From Octopus vulgaris (taxonomy: Eukaryota): a stretch of 64,000 nucleotides of DNA. The stretch's first letter is position 1. Every line of letters starts with the position of its first letter. Below, piece after piece: positions 26,046 to 38,556 of this stretch. Both the position numbers and the translations under genes were made by a program. Under the pieces are notes generated by a model. It made no database searches, was not told where the DNA came from, and worked only from the letters and a program-made list of their open reading frames with translations. Location of the stretch: contig OX597837.1 of the NCBI GenBank assembly GCA_951406725.2, forward strand, positions 21,576,001-21,640,000, given 5' to 3'.

Positions 26046-26221
26046 GATGGGCTTCTTTCAGCTTCCGTCTACCAAATCCACTCACAAGGCTTTGGTCAGC
26101 CCGAGGCTATAGTAGAAGACACTTGCCCAAGTTGCCACGCAGTGGGACTGAACCCATGACCATATGGTTGGTAAGCTAGCTACTTACCACACAGCCACTC
26201 CTGCACCTATTTATAGAAAGA

Positions 26222-26340
26222 TGTTTACAGCACCTAGATTTCTCAAATGGTCACCCATCTAAGTACTAACTAGGCTCGACATTGCTTAACTTCAGTGATC
26301 AGACGAGAACAGGTGTTTCCAAAGTGATATGGCTGTAGAC
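26222..26340 (-). pseudogene. Solitary, diverged 5S rRNA copy
   Basis: Reverse complement GTCTACAGCCATATCAC...TCTCGTCTGATCACTGAAGTTAAGCAATGTCGAGCCTAGTTAGTACTTAGATGGGTGACC...GTGCTGTAAAC: full-length 5S layout with many transition-type changes. Confidence 0.85.
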
Positions 26341-27163
26341 TTGTCAAACAAATCAACCCGAGTCCCCACTTTTTTTTTTTTAAAGCCTGGTACTTATTAG
26401 TCTCTTTTACTAAACTGCTAAGTTACAGTAAAGGTAAAGAAACCAGCACTTATGAGTCAGTATAAGGGCTGGTTTCCATGGTGTATAAATTTCCCACCTG
26501 GACAAGGCACCAGCCCATCATAGGATAACTCATCTTTGCCAGCTGAGTGAAGTGGAGCAATGTGAGATAAGTGTCTTGCTCAAGAACACAATGCATTGCC
26601 CAGATCAGGAATTGAAACCACAATCTTACAATCATGAGCCCAACATCCTAACCACTAAGCTACACACCTCCACTATTACTATTATGGGGACATAAACAAA
26701 CCAACATTGGTTGTCAAACAATGTTGGAGGACAAACATAAAGACACACACACACGCACATACAACAGGCTTCTTTCAGTTTCCATCTACCAAATTCACTC
26801 ACTAGGCTTTGGTCAGCCTGGGGCTCTAGAAGACACTGACCGAAGGTGCCATTCAGTAGAACTGAAACCAGGACCACATGGTTGAGAAGCAAACGTAATA
26901 CCCCCCACACACACACACTCCTGGTTGAGATAAATAATAAAAAAAATTTTTTTCAGTCTTCAAGTTCTAATGTCAGAAAAGGCATGGCCGGGAGGAATAA
27001 TTAATGAATTGTGTCTCCAGTAGGGATTGATAAGCCTCATGCTTCTGAACAAATAGAAAAATAAGAATAAAATTAAGTGAAAACCAACAATTATAGATTT
27101 GTAAACTAACCTCTGGCACAAGAAATGTTGGATGTCCAAGAATTTTCAAAAGATTGCTTCAAG

Positions 27164-27268
27164 TCACAGATTTAAAGCCTTTTCAGAGTTCAACTCCTTC
27201 ATCATTTTGTTCAGAATGTTCACTTCTTCTTGCCAGAGTCTTCTCACTTGTTCCCCATATTTTAGCTT
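27164..27268 (-). CDS. SETD4: SETD4 last coding exon
   Basis: cag|KLKYGEQVRRLWQEEVNILNKMMKELNSEKALNL*; the eight exons total 1278 nt (425 aa plus stop). Confidence 0.8.
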   Translation of the reverse strand, partial: KLKYGEQVRRLWQEEVNILNKMMKELNSEKALNL

Positions 27269-29394
27269 CTGCAAAAAGGAAACAGAAAAATTGGTCATTA
27301 ACCCTTTCACATTTAAACCAGCCATATCTAACGCAAACATTCTACCTTATACATTATGTTCAAACTGACCAGATTTGGCCTCTCACACCTACCTTATATA
27401 GTCATTCTAAAAATAAAACAATCACGTCATTGAAATCGCAAAGGTGTGAGATAATGTAGAGTTAATTGAAAATAACGTGAATAAATAGGTATTACATTTG
27501 TCAGAGTAATCATCATCATCATTTAACGCCTGCCTTCCATGCTGGCATACGTTCGACAGTTTGACTGGAACTGGTAAGCCAGAGAGCTGCACCAGGTTCC
27601 AGCCTGGTTTGGCTTGGTTTCTGCAGCTAGATGCTCTTCCTAATGCCAACCACTGAGAAGGCAGTGAGCTGGCAGAATCGTTAGCATGCCAGGCGAAATG
27701 CTTAGCGGTATTTCATCTGCCATTACATTCTGAGTTCAAATTCCGCCGAGGTTGATTTTGCCTTTCATCTTTTTAGGGTCAATAAATTAAGTACCAGTTA
27801 TACACTGGGGTCGATGTAATTGACTTAATACCTTTGTCTGTCCTTGTTTGTCCCCTCTATGTTTAGCCCCTTGTGGGCAACTAAGAAATAAGAACCACTG
27901 ATAGTATAATGAGTGCTTTTTACATGCCACCAGCATGGGTGCCATTCATGTGACACCAATAACTACGATTTCACAGGTGCTGTCTACATGACACTGAAAT
28001 CGTAGACATGAATGCTAATGGATTAATGTTAACTTGCTAAGAGAATCTAACAAGGGATCTTTTAAAGAATCACTTCACCTGCTACGAATAGAAATTTTTT
28101 AAATTTGACAATTAATGTACCTTTCCAAGTTAAATTGTTGGAGTTATTCAACTTTTTCTAGAAAAATGTTTTTAAAAAGTTATAGAGGTTTAAAGTTCGA
28201 TCATTTTCACCCAATCAAGAAACACAATTTCAAAGCTGTCATTTTGTGCATGACTGCACATTTTGTCAACATCCTGAAAATAGCACTTGTGTTTTGATAT
28301 GAAACCACAGAATTATGCACAACATATAACCACTCATAACTTTTTTTATTTCTTGGAATTTTCAGAAAATTTTTGTGAATTTGAATTCTATATGCAGGAC
28401 TTCGTATGATTATACCAAAATAAAAATTGTGGTGGAGTGTGATTTAAGGCTTAGGCCTATTTGGCTGCTATTTTTAGCACACATGACAACTATCTCAATG
28501 ATTGTGACAAAAATATTTGATTGATAAACAAGTCCGTTTTTTAATACAAAGGGACGTCTCATGTGAGTAGTCAAATCAATAAAAGTGTATTCTTATTCTA
28601 GGCATGTCTAGATATCAGTAAATGAAGACTTAATCTCTAAAATTCATTGTCACCCACAAAATGTTCATATCACCCACCAAAATCTCAAATTGCCCATTGT
28701 TTTCTAGAAATTCGCCCATCGCCCACCTGTAAGTTGAAATCGCCCTCTTTGGGAAGCTATGCTTTAATCACTAAGCTATACACCTTTAACTATCAACTTT
28801 CCCCCTCACCCCAATGTAGTAGAAAAAATTATTAAATTATTAAATTGTGTAACATGATTTTTGTCCATAGGTAGAATCTGTTATTTTCTATTTGCTTACA
28901 CTTAGTCAGTATGGAAAATAGCTAATATTTCCTCTAGACTTTGCTTTCGTTACAATAGTTATTCAAACCCTAAAAATCCCTCTCAACACAAGGCTATGAT
29001 GCTCACTACACTACTGCTGCTCATGGTCAGAGATGCACATATTGTCAGCCACTGAAGGACATGCTCAAGTGGTTAAGGTCAAGCAACTGACAATATTTGC
29101 TATAATGATATTTCTGCTTCAGCAACTCAGTGCTGAATCTGTCTGAAATGTAATGGAAAATAACTCAAGTTTCAAAACATTGATGTCCAAGTCACCAAAG
29201 CAAAGTTAGAATGGAATAGTAGTGATTTCCTTTGATTTCTAGGTAGGAGCAAATAGGATATAACACTTACTGACCAAAGAAAAAAGAAAATTAAAATTTC
29301 GTTGTCCAGTGTAATTAAAATAACAATAAAAGTAGAACAGAGAATAAACTAAGCTGTGGTTTCACTAATGCAATTCAAAATGTGATCCACTGAC

Positions 29395-29524
29395 CTGTAT
29401 CCTTGGTTCCAACAGTTGCAGTTCTGATGAATGTTTGTCCATGATAAACTTGACAAGATTTATGGTAAACTCCAAAACCTCAGGTGGCCATTCTTTCTTA
29501 GACAAACAGGACTCCCAGCAATTC
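29395..29524 (-). CDS. SETD4: SETD4 exon 7
   Basis: cag|NCWESCLSKKEWPPEVLEFTINLVKFIMDKHSSELQLLEPRIQ|gtcag; phase consistent. Confidence 0.8.
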
Positions 29525-29804
29525 CTGAAAATGTGAGAAGAGATATTTTAGAAAATATCACTTCATGTCACAAGGAGTGCATAAAAGGGTTGGCTTCAGA
29601 AGGGGCATCTGGCAGCATTTGAACTAAACTCTTCATGGTGGTGCTCTAGCATGGATTCAGCAATAAATAAGAGAAAAGAAACTTCTGTTTGTTTTCACTT
29701 GAAAACTTGAGAATAAAACTCAGTCAAATATTTCAGTCTCGTAACTCAGAATGAGAATATCGCATTAAAATTAGTACAACTTTTATGCATTTATATAGAC
29801 TTAC

Positions 29805-29888
29805 AGTTCTTGCCAAGACATATTAAGAATGTGTAAGACCGACTGTAGGTTCCAGGAAATTCCTGCATCTCCAAGATAGTGTAATTGC
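29805..29888 (-). CDS. SETD4: SETD4 exon 6
   Basis: cag|QLHYLGDAGISWNLQSVLHILNMSWQE(L)|gtaag; GxSWxL motif of the substrate-binding domain. Confidence 0.86.
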
Positions 29889-30460
29889 CTGGAAGAAGAC
29901 GAAAAAAGGGGGACAATAATTTATGAAATTACTTAACAAGTCCTTTTATTTTAGACAGGGGTGGAAAACAAAGGGAAGGTCTATGATTTTTGCAAATCAT
30001 TCTTTCATAGACTGGTGAGGTTAACAAAATTGATGATGAGCCTGAATGTGGGCAAGGGAGTCTTCATATGGTTGCTCTACGTACCAGAAAAAGCAGCCAA
30101 ATACCTTTCAAACCACAGCCATCCAGCTTAAAAAAAAAGGTAAGATACCAAATGACAGGATGGTCATGGGTAGAACGCCTTAAAGTACCAAAAGTTTTGA
30201 TAGTGTCTAATCAGAGCTCACAACTATCTTATGAGGAAGAAAAGACACACTAAACTATTTAGTCTAGTTCCCAATATATAAAAACATAAAATGGTCACAG
30301 CTGGAATATCTTTGACTATAGGATTCTTTCAATCAGGGATCATCTTTTACTGTCTTCAAAATAAAAAAAAGGACACATTGGATGATGTACCCTTAGCGCT
30401 TTAGCATTTAAACCTGCCATATTCAGCCCAAATATTTTACCTGTTTTATGTTCAAACTGG

Positions 30461-30713
30461 TGTGGGGCCTACCACAAGGTCTCTTTCAGCCCACAGCTGC
30501 AGCACTGAATGAAAGTAAAGCCCTAGCTGGACATGGTTGGGGAAGATCTCCACAGGCTTGACATCACCTTGGAGAATACAGAGAGGCTGGCACAGGGCCA
30601 CCAGGAATGGAGAGCACTAGTGGACATGGTTGGTTCTACACCTGATAACGTCTCTGGGACCACTAACCTGGGAAGCCCCCAGCTTCATCAAGCAAAACCA
30701 TGAAGCAAGCATA
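30461..30713 (+). mobile_element. 3' fragment of an RTE-like LINE inserted into a MITE
   Basis: Remnant reading DLHRLDITLENTERLAQGHQEWRALV; ttcaaactgg duplicated on both sides. Confidence 0.55.
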
Positions 30714-31131
30714 TTCAAACTGGCCAAATCCAACCTCTCACTATTACTCTACAATGTCGTTCTAAAAGTAAACAAAAACATCATTGAAATCTCTCAGCTA
30801 CAAGATATTGCATGATTAATTCAAAACATAATGAAACAAGCATGACATTTGACAGAGCAGTTTGAATGCTAAGGGACTAGATACACTTCAGGATGGTTCT
30901 AGTTGAAACACCGCTGATCATAGGCAAGCTTGATCATGTTTGAATAATGGTTAAACAGCCAACAACATCTGCAACGAGCAAACTAATGGTATCTGTTCAG
31001 AATGACTGCCATAAAGTAAACTCTGCTAAGACGTCCAAGGAACAGAAGCTGGTGCTAGGACAACCGATGGAGACCAAGGAGGGAGGAGAGAGCGATCAAT
31101 CCTTTATATAGAAATAATTAGGACAACTTAC

Positions 31132-31216
31132 TTTTTCAGGTTATATTTCTCAAGTATTTCTTCCTTTTGCCGAAGGCAAGCAATATTGAGGCAGGTTGAA
31201 AAGTCTCTGATGGTGT
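31132..31216 (-). CDS. SETD4: SETD4 exon 5
   Basis: tag|(D)TIRDFSTCLNIACLRQKEEILEKYNLK(K)|gtaag; phases match both neighbours. Confidence 0.82.
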
Positions 31217-31261
31217 CTAGAAAGAAGGAAATGTTAAATGTTAGTGCAAAACAGTTGAAAA

Positions 31262-32010
31262 TACAAGGTACATTCCAGAAGTTTTGAGACTGTTTTAGGA
31301 GAAGCAGTTATAATTACCCTAGACTGTTGTAACTTTAGTACATCATTACTATACATCTAATAATTCTGGTCTTTGGTATTCCAAATTGAAGGAGACAGCT
31401 GTAACAGCACTTTGAACACACCTTACTACACATTGCTTTCACAGCTGACTACTTTGCAAGATGCAGCTGAGACATGAAGACAATTTAGAAGCTCAATATG
31501 CAATAAAGCTTTTGAGTTAAACTGGGTGAAAACACTACAGAAACTTATGGAATGCTCCAGAGAGATCATGGATTGACTTTTTTACTGGCACAAGAATGAG
31601 GGTCAATGAGAAGTGTGGGAGGGAGAGGGACATCAGAACATGAAAGCTGGTTGACAAAAATTTACAATTTTCAGGAGAATGACCATTGTGTGTCTATAAA
31701 GACAATAAGCACGCAGTTTGGAATTGGTATGGCAACTGTACATAGAATTATTCATGAAGATCTGAACATGTGCAAAATTAGTGCAAAGTTTGTTCCCAGG
31801 CTGCTCAGTGACGAGTATCCTGGTAACCAACTACTTAACAGACATGGGCATCAAAACTGTCCCTTAGCCTCCCTGCAGTCCAGATCTTGCTCCCTGTGAC
31901 TTTTAGTTGTTCCCCAAGCTGAAGGAGAACCTCAGGGGCAATTGTTTTGAAGATGAAGGAGGCTGTGACAAGGGTCCTGGACACCTTCGCTTTGGAAGAC
32001 TTTGTGGTTT
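31262..32010 (+). mobile_element. Decayed, internally deleted mariner transposon in a SETD4 intron
   Basis: TVHRIIHEDLNMCKISAKFVPRLL (WVPxxL-like) and TDMGIKTVP*PPCSPDLAPCDF*LFPKLKENLRG (YSPDLAPxD motif), with stops. Confidence 0.85.
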
Positions 32011-32765
32011 GGCAAATCATCATCATCATCACCATCATTTAACATCTGTTTTACCATGCTGGCATGGGTTGGATGGCTTGACCAGAATTGACAAGACCAG
32101 GAGCTGCACCAGGTTCAATAGTCTGTTTCTACAGTTGGATGCCCTTCCTAATGCCAACCACTTTACAGAGTGTACTGGGTGCTTTTTACATGGTACCAGT
32201 ACCAGTGCTTTTTTGTGTGGCACCAGCACCCACACCAATATGAGTACAATTTAGTAAATGGAAACTGAACTGAAGCTTGCATGTGTGTGCGTGTGTGATT
32301 CTGTGTTTATGTTTACCTTGTTAACCAGTGTTGTGTTTATTAAGTGACCTTTTATGTCTTGTAACTTTGTGGTTTGGCAAATCATCATCATCATTATTTA
32401 ATGTCCATTTCCCATACTAGCACGAGCTGGATGGTTTGACAGGAACTGGCGAGGCCAGGGGCCACACCAGGTACCACAGTCTGTTTTGGCTTGCTTTCTA
32501 CAGCTGGATGCCCTTCCTAATGCCAGCCACTCCACAGAGAGTACTGGGTACTTTTTACATGGCACCAACACCCACACCAATGCTTTTTACATGGCATCTT
32601 GGTTTTAGGATATCAAATAAAGAAATAAATAAAACCAAGTACCAGACTGGAATAAGTACTGGGGTTAATAGATATGATAGGCTAAGACCCCAAAAAGTGC
32701 CGCCTCAGAATGTTGACAGTCCAGTGACTGAAACTACTGAAAGAATTAAAGAATATAATACTAAC

Positions 32766-32940
32766 CGAAAGAAAATTCATAAAAATTATGAGGATTATCA
32801 GGAATGATGAAACCATATTCCACAAGCAGCTCTGAATTATTATGTGGTCCATATTTGATGAAAACTTGGTCATATTTTCTATAGCTGTCCAAGGTAAGAA
32901 TCTCAAAACAATTTGTGACTTTGTTGAACTCAGTAATAAC
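32766..32940 (-). CDS. SETD4: SETD4 exon 4
   Basis: VITEFNKVTNCFEILTLDSYRKYDQVFIKYGPHNNSELLVEYGFIIPDNPHNFYEFSF|gttag. Confidence 0.94.
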
Positions 32941-33560
32941 CTGAGAAAAATGACAGGTGAAAAAATTCAGTTTGGTGAATCTGCATTTGCAAGACAAAAA
33001 AGGAAAAACAAAAATTCAGTCCCTAACTTGTCAGCAGGCATGGCTGTTTTCCCAATAAAACTCTGCTAAGTTATGCTTGTTTTTCATTTTTCTTCTGAAT
33101 TTTTCAAATTATAAAGGTAATTTCTGGACAGCCTGTATTTTGGGCAGATGTCTTCTAACAGTGCTTCAGTGGGACTATTTAATTGAGAGAGAGATGTAGA
33201 AGAAATCTGTTCCATATGTATGTGTGCACACACACACATATATACACATATATATATATATATATCAATCATCATCATCATCGTTTAACGTCCGCTTTCC
33301 ATGCTAGCATGGGTTGGACGATTTGACTGAGGTCTGGCAAACCAGACGACTGCACCAGGCTCCAATCTGATCTGGCAGTGTTTCTACAGCTGGATGCCCT
33401 TCCTAACACCAACCACTCTGAAAGTGTAGTGTTGCTCTTACGTGCTACCGGCACGAGGGCCAGTCAGGCGGTACTGGCAACGGCCACGCTCAAATGGTGC
33501 TTTTCACGTGCCACCTGCACAGAAGCCAGTCCAGCAGCACTGGCAACGACCTCACTCGAG

Positions 33561-33595
<35 letters not shown>

Positions 33596-34310
33596 TTAAA
33601 TATATAGGGATAAATTATCCAAGCAGATACTGTAAGAGCTCTCAGGTATAGTTAAGGTTCTGGCCAATCACATCAAGTAGTAAGAAGCATCAAGGATTGC
33701 TTATGGTGAGCAATCCCACTTTAATTCTTCTGATGGCTAAATTTGGGTTTGCCTCCCTAGAGTAGAAGTTCCCAAAATTACAAAGAATACAAAGACTGGT
33801 ACATCTTCAAATTTGTTTTAATTTAACAGTCAATAATATACAGTGTAATTAGTTAGCTAAACTGACCAACACGTTTCGACTACATGGAATATTGTGGGTT
33901 GCATACACGAGTGCACATACTCTATGTGTCAGTCATTTTAACTAACTAATTATGCTGGATAATTAACTGTTAAATTAAAAGAAAAAATTTGAAGATGTAC
34001 TAGTCTCCATATTCTTTGTAATTGTTTTGGATACATATATATAAATAAATAGGATGGTAGAGTATTGTCAAGGGTGCATGAATAGGGAGCTGTTAGTGCA
34101 AATGAATGCAAAGAGGGAGAGAGAATGCAGTGAGTGGTGGGACCTGCATATATAGAGGAGCAAGAGAAAACGGGATAGCAAAAATATATTAAAACAGTTT
34201 TCATGATGTGAATAATCTGAAAGATTATCAGATGTTGCAATCAACTGACCAGCAGCTGCCCAAGCCGAAAGTTCTAATAGACGAAATACTTTATAATATT
34301 TTCAACTGAC

Positions 34311-34734
34311 CTTTGCATCAGGTGAATGGTTCAACAAGTCTAGATATGGAATCAAAGCACAATTCTTTCCAGATTCTTCAATGTAAGGAGAAGTCGGAAC
34401 CTCAAAGTAAACACATCGAGTGTTGACAACATTCCATGCCCACCGGAAATTTTTCTTGCAAGTCAAAACACTGGTGAGGTAAGGATAATCAAGTGCACAG
34501 CAGCATTGAGAGATTGCTGCATAAGCATCATAAAAAGTCTTCAAACTCTTCTGTGCCAGACGTGATGTATATGGTGGTAAGGCATCTACTGCCTCAGTTT
34601 CCCAGTTAGTGATGGTGTCAAATTCCAATGGTAACATTGAAATATAACTGCTCCAAACTGAATCACTGCTTTTAGCTCTCTCAGCCAATAGGAATACAGA
34701 GAGGGCAGCCTGAGCAGTGATTGGTGGGTTGCAT
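34311..34734 (-). CDS. SETD4: SETD4 exon 3 (SET core)
   Basis: CNPPITAQAALSVFLLAE...WSSYISMLP...FRWAWNVVNTRCVY...CALIPYLDLLNHSPDAK|gtcag. Confidence 0.94.
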
Positions 34735-36154
34735 CTGAAATCACAAGACATAATTCCATTTATCAAAAGAGAGATAGAAAGAGAAGGACAGACATTAATT
34801 TAATTCTCTTCTTGTTCTCAAAGCCTTCAACAATTTAAACAAATATTTTTTACTAACTTTTACTTGTTTCAAGTGTGGAGGGAGTATGTGAATTACATTA
34901 ACCCCAGTGCTTAATTGATACTTATTTTATGAACCCTGAAAGTCAACTTTGGTGGAATTTGAACTCAGATCATAAAGATGAACGAAATGCCACCAAGCAT
35001 TTTGCACAGTATGCTAATGATTCTTATTTCTTTATTGCCCACAAGGGGCTAAACATAGAGGAGACAAACAAGGATAGACAAAGGGATTAAGTCAATTACA
35101 TCGACCCCAGTGCATAACTGGTACTTTATTTATCGACCCCGAAAGGATGTAAGGCAAAGTCGACCTTGGTGGAATTTGAACTCTGAACGTAACGGCAGAC
35201 GAAATACTGCTAAGCATTTCACCCAGCTTGCCGCCTTTATGCTATGATTCTATCTAATGCTAATGAGTCTAATACTCACTGCCTTTAGTCTTTAACATTT
35301 TACTATTCCTTGTCCCCACAAAGATCCACTTCTTTCAGCTCACCTTCAACTGTTCTACACCAAATGTTCTCTGGTTACCCAGGTTTTCATTCCCAGGCAG
35401 TGTCTATCTTAAGGCTACCCTTGGTATCCCATAATGGCTTAATCATCAGAGCTTCTGCTGCTTCATTTCATGCACCACATTATCACAACCAGTTTTCTGG
35501 TCCAGCTCTTCATTTAAAAACTTCAATGACAATGAGTGCAATTGATCAAATAATTGAATATCCAGGTAGGGGAAAAAAAAAAGCAACAGCAGTTGAATAT
35601 CATCATCATCGTTTAGCGTCCTCTTTCCATGCTAGCATGGGTTGGACAGTTCAGCTGGGGTCTGGGAAGCCAGAAGGCTGCACCAGGCCCAGTCTGATCT
35701 GGCAATGTTTCTACAGCTGGATGCCCTTCCTAACGCCAACCACTCTGTGAGTGTAGTGGGTGCTTTTTACGTGCCACCGGCACAGGTGCCAGACAAGGCT
35801 GGCAAACAGCCACGATCGGATGGTGCTTTTTACGTGCCACCGGCACGAGGCCAGGTTTCCATATTCTCAACATGTGATATAATCTCTTATTGTTAACATC
35901 CACACAACTTGGCCACTAATAACTCTAAACTGATCAGATTTAACCCATTATTTTCCTTTATGTCCAAAGGTTCAGACATAGCAGTCTGTTTAAGAAGTTC
36001 ACTTTACAGCTGATGATTCTGGGTTTGATTCCACTGTGTACCAAATTTTAATCAAGCAAGTGTCTCCTACAGTTACCAAGGGTTTTTCAGAGCTTTGTGA
36101 GTAAAATTCAGAAGACAAAAACTTACAGAAACTGGTCATATAAATAGCCTCGCC

Positions 36155-36380
36155 TGCAAGGTGGCACGCAAAAAGCACCATCCGATCCTGGCCGTTTGCC
36201 AGCTTCGTCTGGCACGTAAAAAGCACCCACTACACTCATGGAGTGGTTGGCGTTAGGAAGGGCATCCAGCTGTAGAAACACTGTCAGATCAGACTGGGCC
36301 TGGTGCAGCCTTCTGGCTTCCCAGACCCCAGTTGAACCGTCCAACCCATGCCAGCATGGAAAGCGGACGCTAAACGATGA
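36155..36380 (+). repeat. Dispersed repeat ending in a (GAT)n tail, probably a SINE; copies at about 7430-7620, 32017-32240(-), 33268-33560(-), 35600-35850(-), 62070-62403
   Basis: gagtggttggcgttaggaagggcatccagctgtagaaac...ccatgccagcatggaaagcggacgctaaacgatga recurs many times. Confidence 0.75.
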
Positions 36381-37956
36381 CGTGCGTGTCAGTATGTGCA
36401 TGTGTTCACGTCTACAGACGTTAAACTGCCTCGTAAGAGTTGCGTCCCTTCTTTCAAACATAACTTTATGATTCATCATCAATTTTGCACTTTAATGCTG
36501 GTATGAATTGGATGTGTCATCACGGTCCAAGCCATTTATTTCCAACTGAGAGCTACTGCTCCTAAAGACTGCTACTCGTATGTGTCATTTCACTTGGTTC
36601 CTAGAGTTGGTTGTCTTCCCTATTGCCAACCACTTTATAGAATGTAATGGATGCATTTTTTGTGGCACCAACTTTGGAGAAGAGTACCCAGTAATGTAAG
36701 GCTTGAAGACCAAGGAAAGGAACAGGGGAAGGAATGAACAAAGGCCAGGAGGAATGGAAATGTAAGTGCGAAGACTACGAAATAACCTTGAAGTGCACAT
36801 TTGCTTAGAGTTGATAAATGGTGCCATTTTAGTGTACACTCTACCTGGCCATTTACACTTGAGCGTGCAGACTAACCCTTACCCTAACTTTAACCTTAAA
36901 CCCTATTCCTAACCCAGATCATGTTATTTCATAACATACACTATGGATGCTGCAGTAGACTACACACTAAAGCAGCACCAAATAAAATAAATACCAGATT
37001 GAAATACATAATTCGACAATGAAGTGCCAATTTCTAATTGTGGAGGGAACATGTGGAAGGGAGAGAGTGTGAGTGAGAGAGAGAGAGGTCAAGAATGAGA
37101 GTGAGAGTGCAAGAGAGAGAGAGCAGTAAGAGACAGCGAAAAAGAGATGATGGTAATGTGCAAGCCTCTTACCCAGGAAGATATGTGACAAAGTGGTAAG
37201 AAAGGGTCTTCAGACGGGCCCCACAGAGGAGATGACAAGGGACCAGGACATGATTTGCTATGCTTGAGAAGACATGTCAAGCTAAGTAAAATCTTGGCTG
37301 TCCATGCATCCAGGTAAGTCCTCTACAACCCCCTCTCGGCTAAGAGGTCCTAGTCTTGAGGCTTGTGGGTGCTGGTGCCATGTAAAAGCACCTGTACTAG
37401 TGTCATGTAAAAGCACCTGTGCCAGTCCCACATAAAAGCATCCATGCTGGTGTCACATATATGCACCTGTGATGGTATTATGGAAATGTACCCATGCCAG
37501 TGCCACGTAAAAAGCACCCAGCACAGTCTGTAAAGTGGTTGGCATTAGAAAGGGCATCCAGCCATAGAAACCATGCCAAAATAGAAAAAAAAAATGGAGC
37601 CTCGATAGCTCACCAGCATGGAGAACAGACATTAACAGATAATGATAATAATGAAATTATTGTATAGTGCTCAGGTGCACAACTTGCCAAAAGTGCATAT
37701 AAAGCATATGCAGTAATGTACAAATGTCTGGGAAGTGAACAGTGTATGAGTCAGATACATGCTTGCATGTGTATGGAGGGGAGAAAATCAGGTGTAGTGT
37801 TGGTGAATCTCAGAAAGCATGGAAGTTTTGAAGGGTGCAGTGCTCCAACAACTAACAAGTGATGCCGGCAGATGATGATAACTGATTAAAACACCACAAA
37901 TTTGGCCCTCAGAATGGCTGCAATCCAAGGAATTTAAATCAGTAAAAGAGTAATAC

Positions 37957-38083
37957 CTTTTGATTAAGGATGAGACATCACTGTCAAGGACAACAGTTGT
38001 AGTGATGATTAGTCCTGCTGGTACAGATATCAGAACATCCCCTGGTTGTAAAGGTTTTACTGTCATTAAACCACGACCAGTAT
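37957..38083 (-). CDS. SETD4: SETD4 exon 2 (SET motif GRGL)
   Basis: cag|(N)TGRGLMTVKPLQPGDVLISVPAGLIITTTVVLDSDVSSLIK(R)|gtatt. Confidence 0.92.
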
Positions 38084-38408
38084 CTGGAAAAGAAAAACGA
38101 AAAAGCTCATAATCATTATCATTTTAATCTTTTATCTTTTATTTGTTTCAGTCATTAGTCTGCTGCCATGCTGGGGCACTGCCTTGAAGAATTTTTAGTC
38201 AAATAAATCGACCGCCACAACTTATTTTTCTACGAAGCCTGGTATTTATTCTATTCTATTGCTATCTCTCTCTCACTCCCATACAGCATTGCAGCTCTCA
38301 TGCAAATCCTATAGACCCTTCCTTCCATCTTTAATGATAACCTTTTCCCACAAATAAAACAAATAAAAGGAAAGATTTGAACCAAATAACATTACATTTT
38401 TTACTTAC

Positions 38409-38556
38409 TGGGAAAAACCCGAGGAGATAAGGATGGTGGCTTGAAATTGTCAGTTGCCCTCATCCATTTGAGTAGATGGACATATTTAGAGTCAAACAGG
38501 CTGGGGTCAGCTTTGACTTTCCTCTTTCTTTGCCTCCATGTACGTCCTTTGGCCAT
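38409..38556 (-). CDS. SETD4: SET-domain lysine methyltransferase SETD4-like, first coding exon
   Basis: MAKGRTWRQRKRKVKADPSLFDSKYVHLLKWMRATDNFKPPSLSPRVFP|gtaag; the basic GRTxRxRxRK N-terminus is typical of SETD4. A splice acceptor 13 nt before the ATG implies an upstream UTR exon. Confidence 0.88.

Noticed and set aside
31262-32010. Mariner transposase inside a SET-domain gene, suggestive of a SETMAR-like fusion
   Set aside because: Opposite strand to SETD4, internally deleted, with stop codons; SETD4 exons splice in phase around it
33858-33940. Hammerhead-like remnant on the - strand (..catgtagtc GAAAC gt GTT ggtca)
   Set aside because: No intact CUGANGA core can be read; at most a decayed copy
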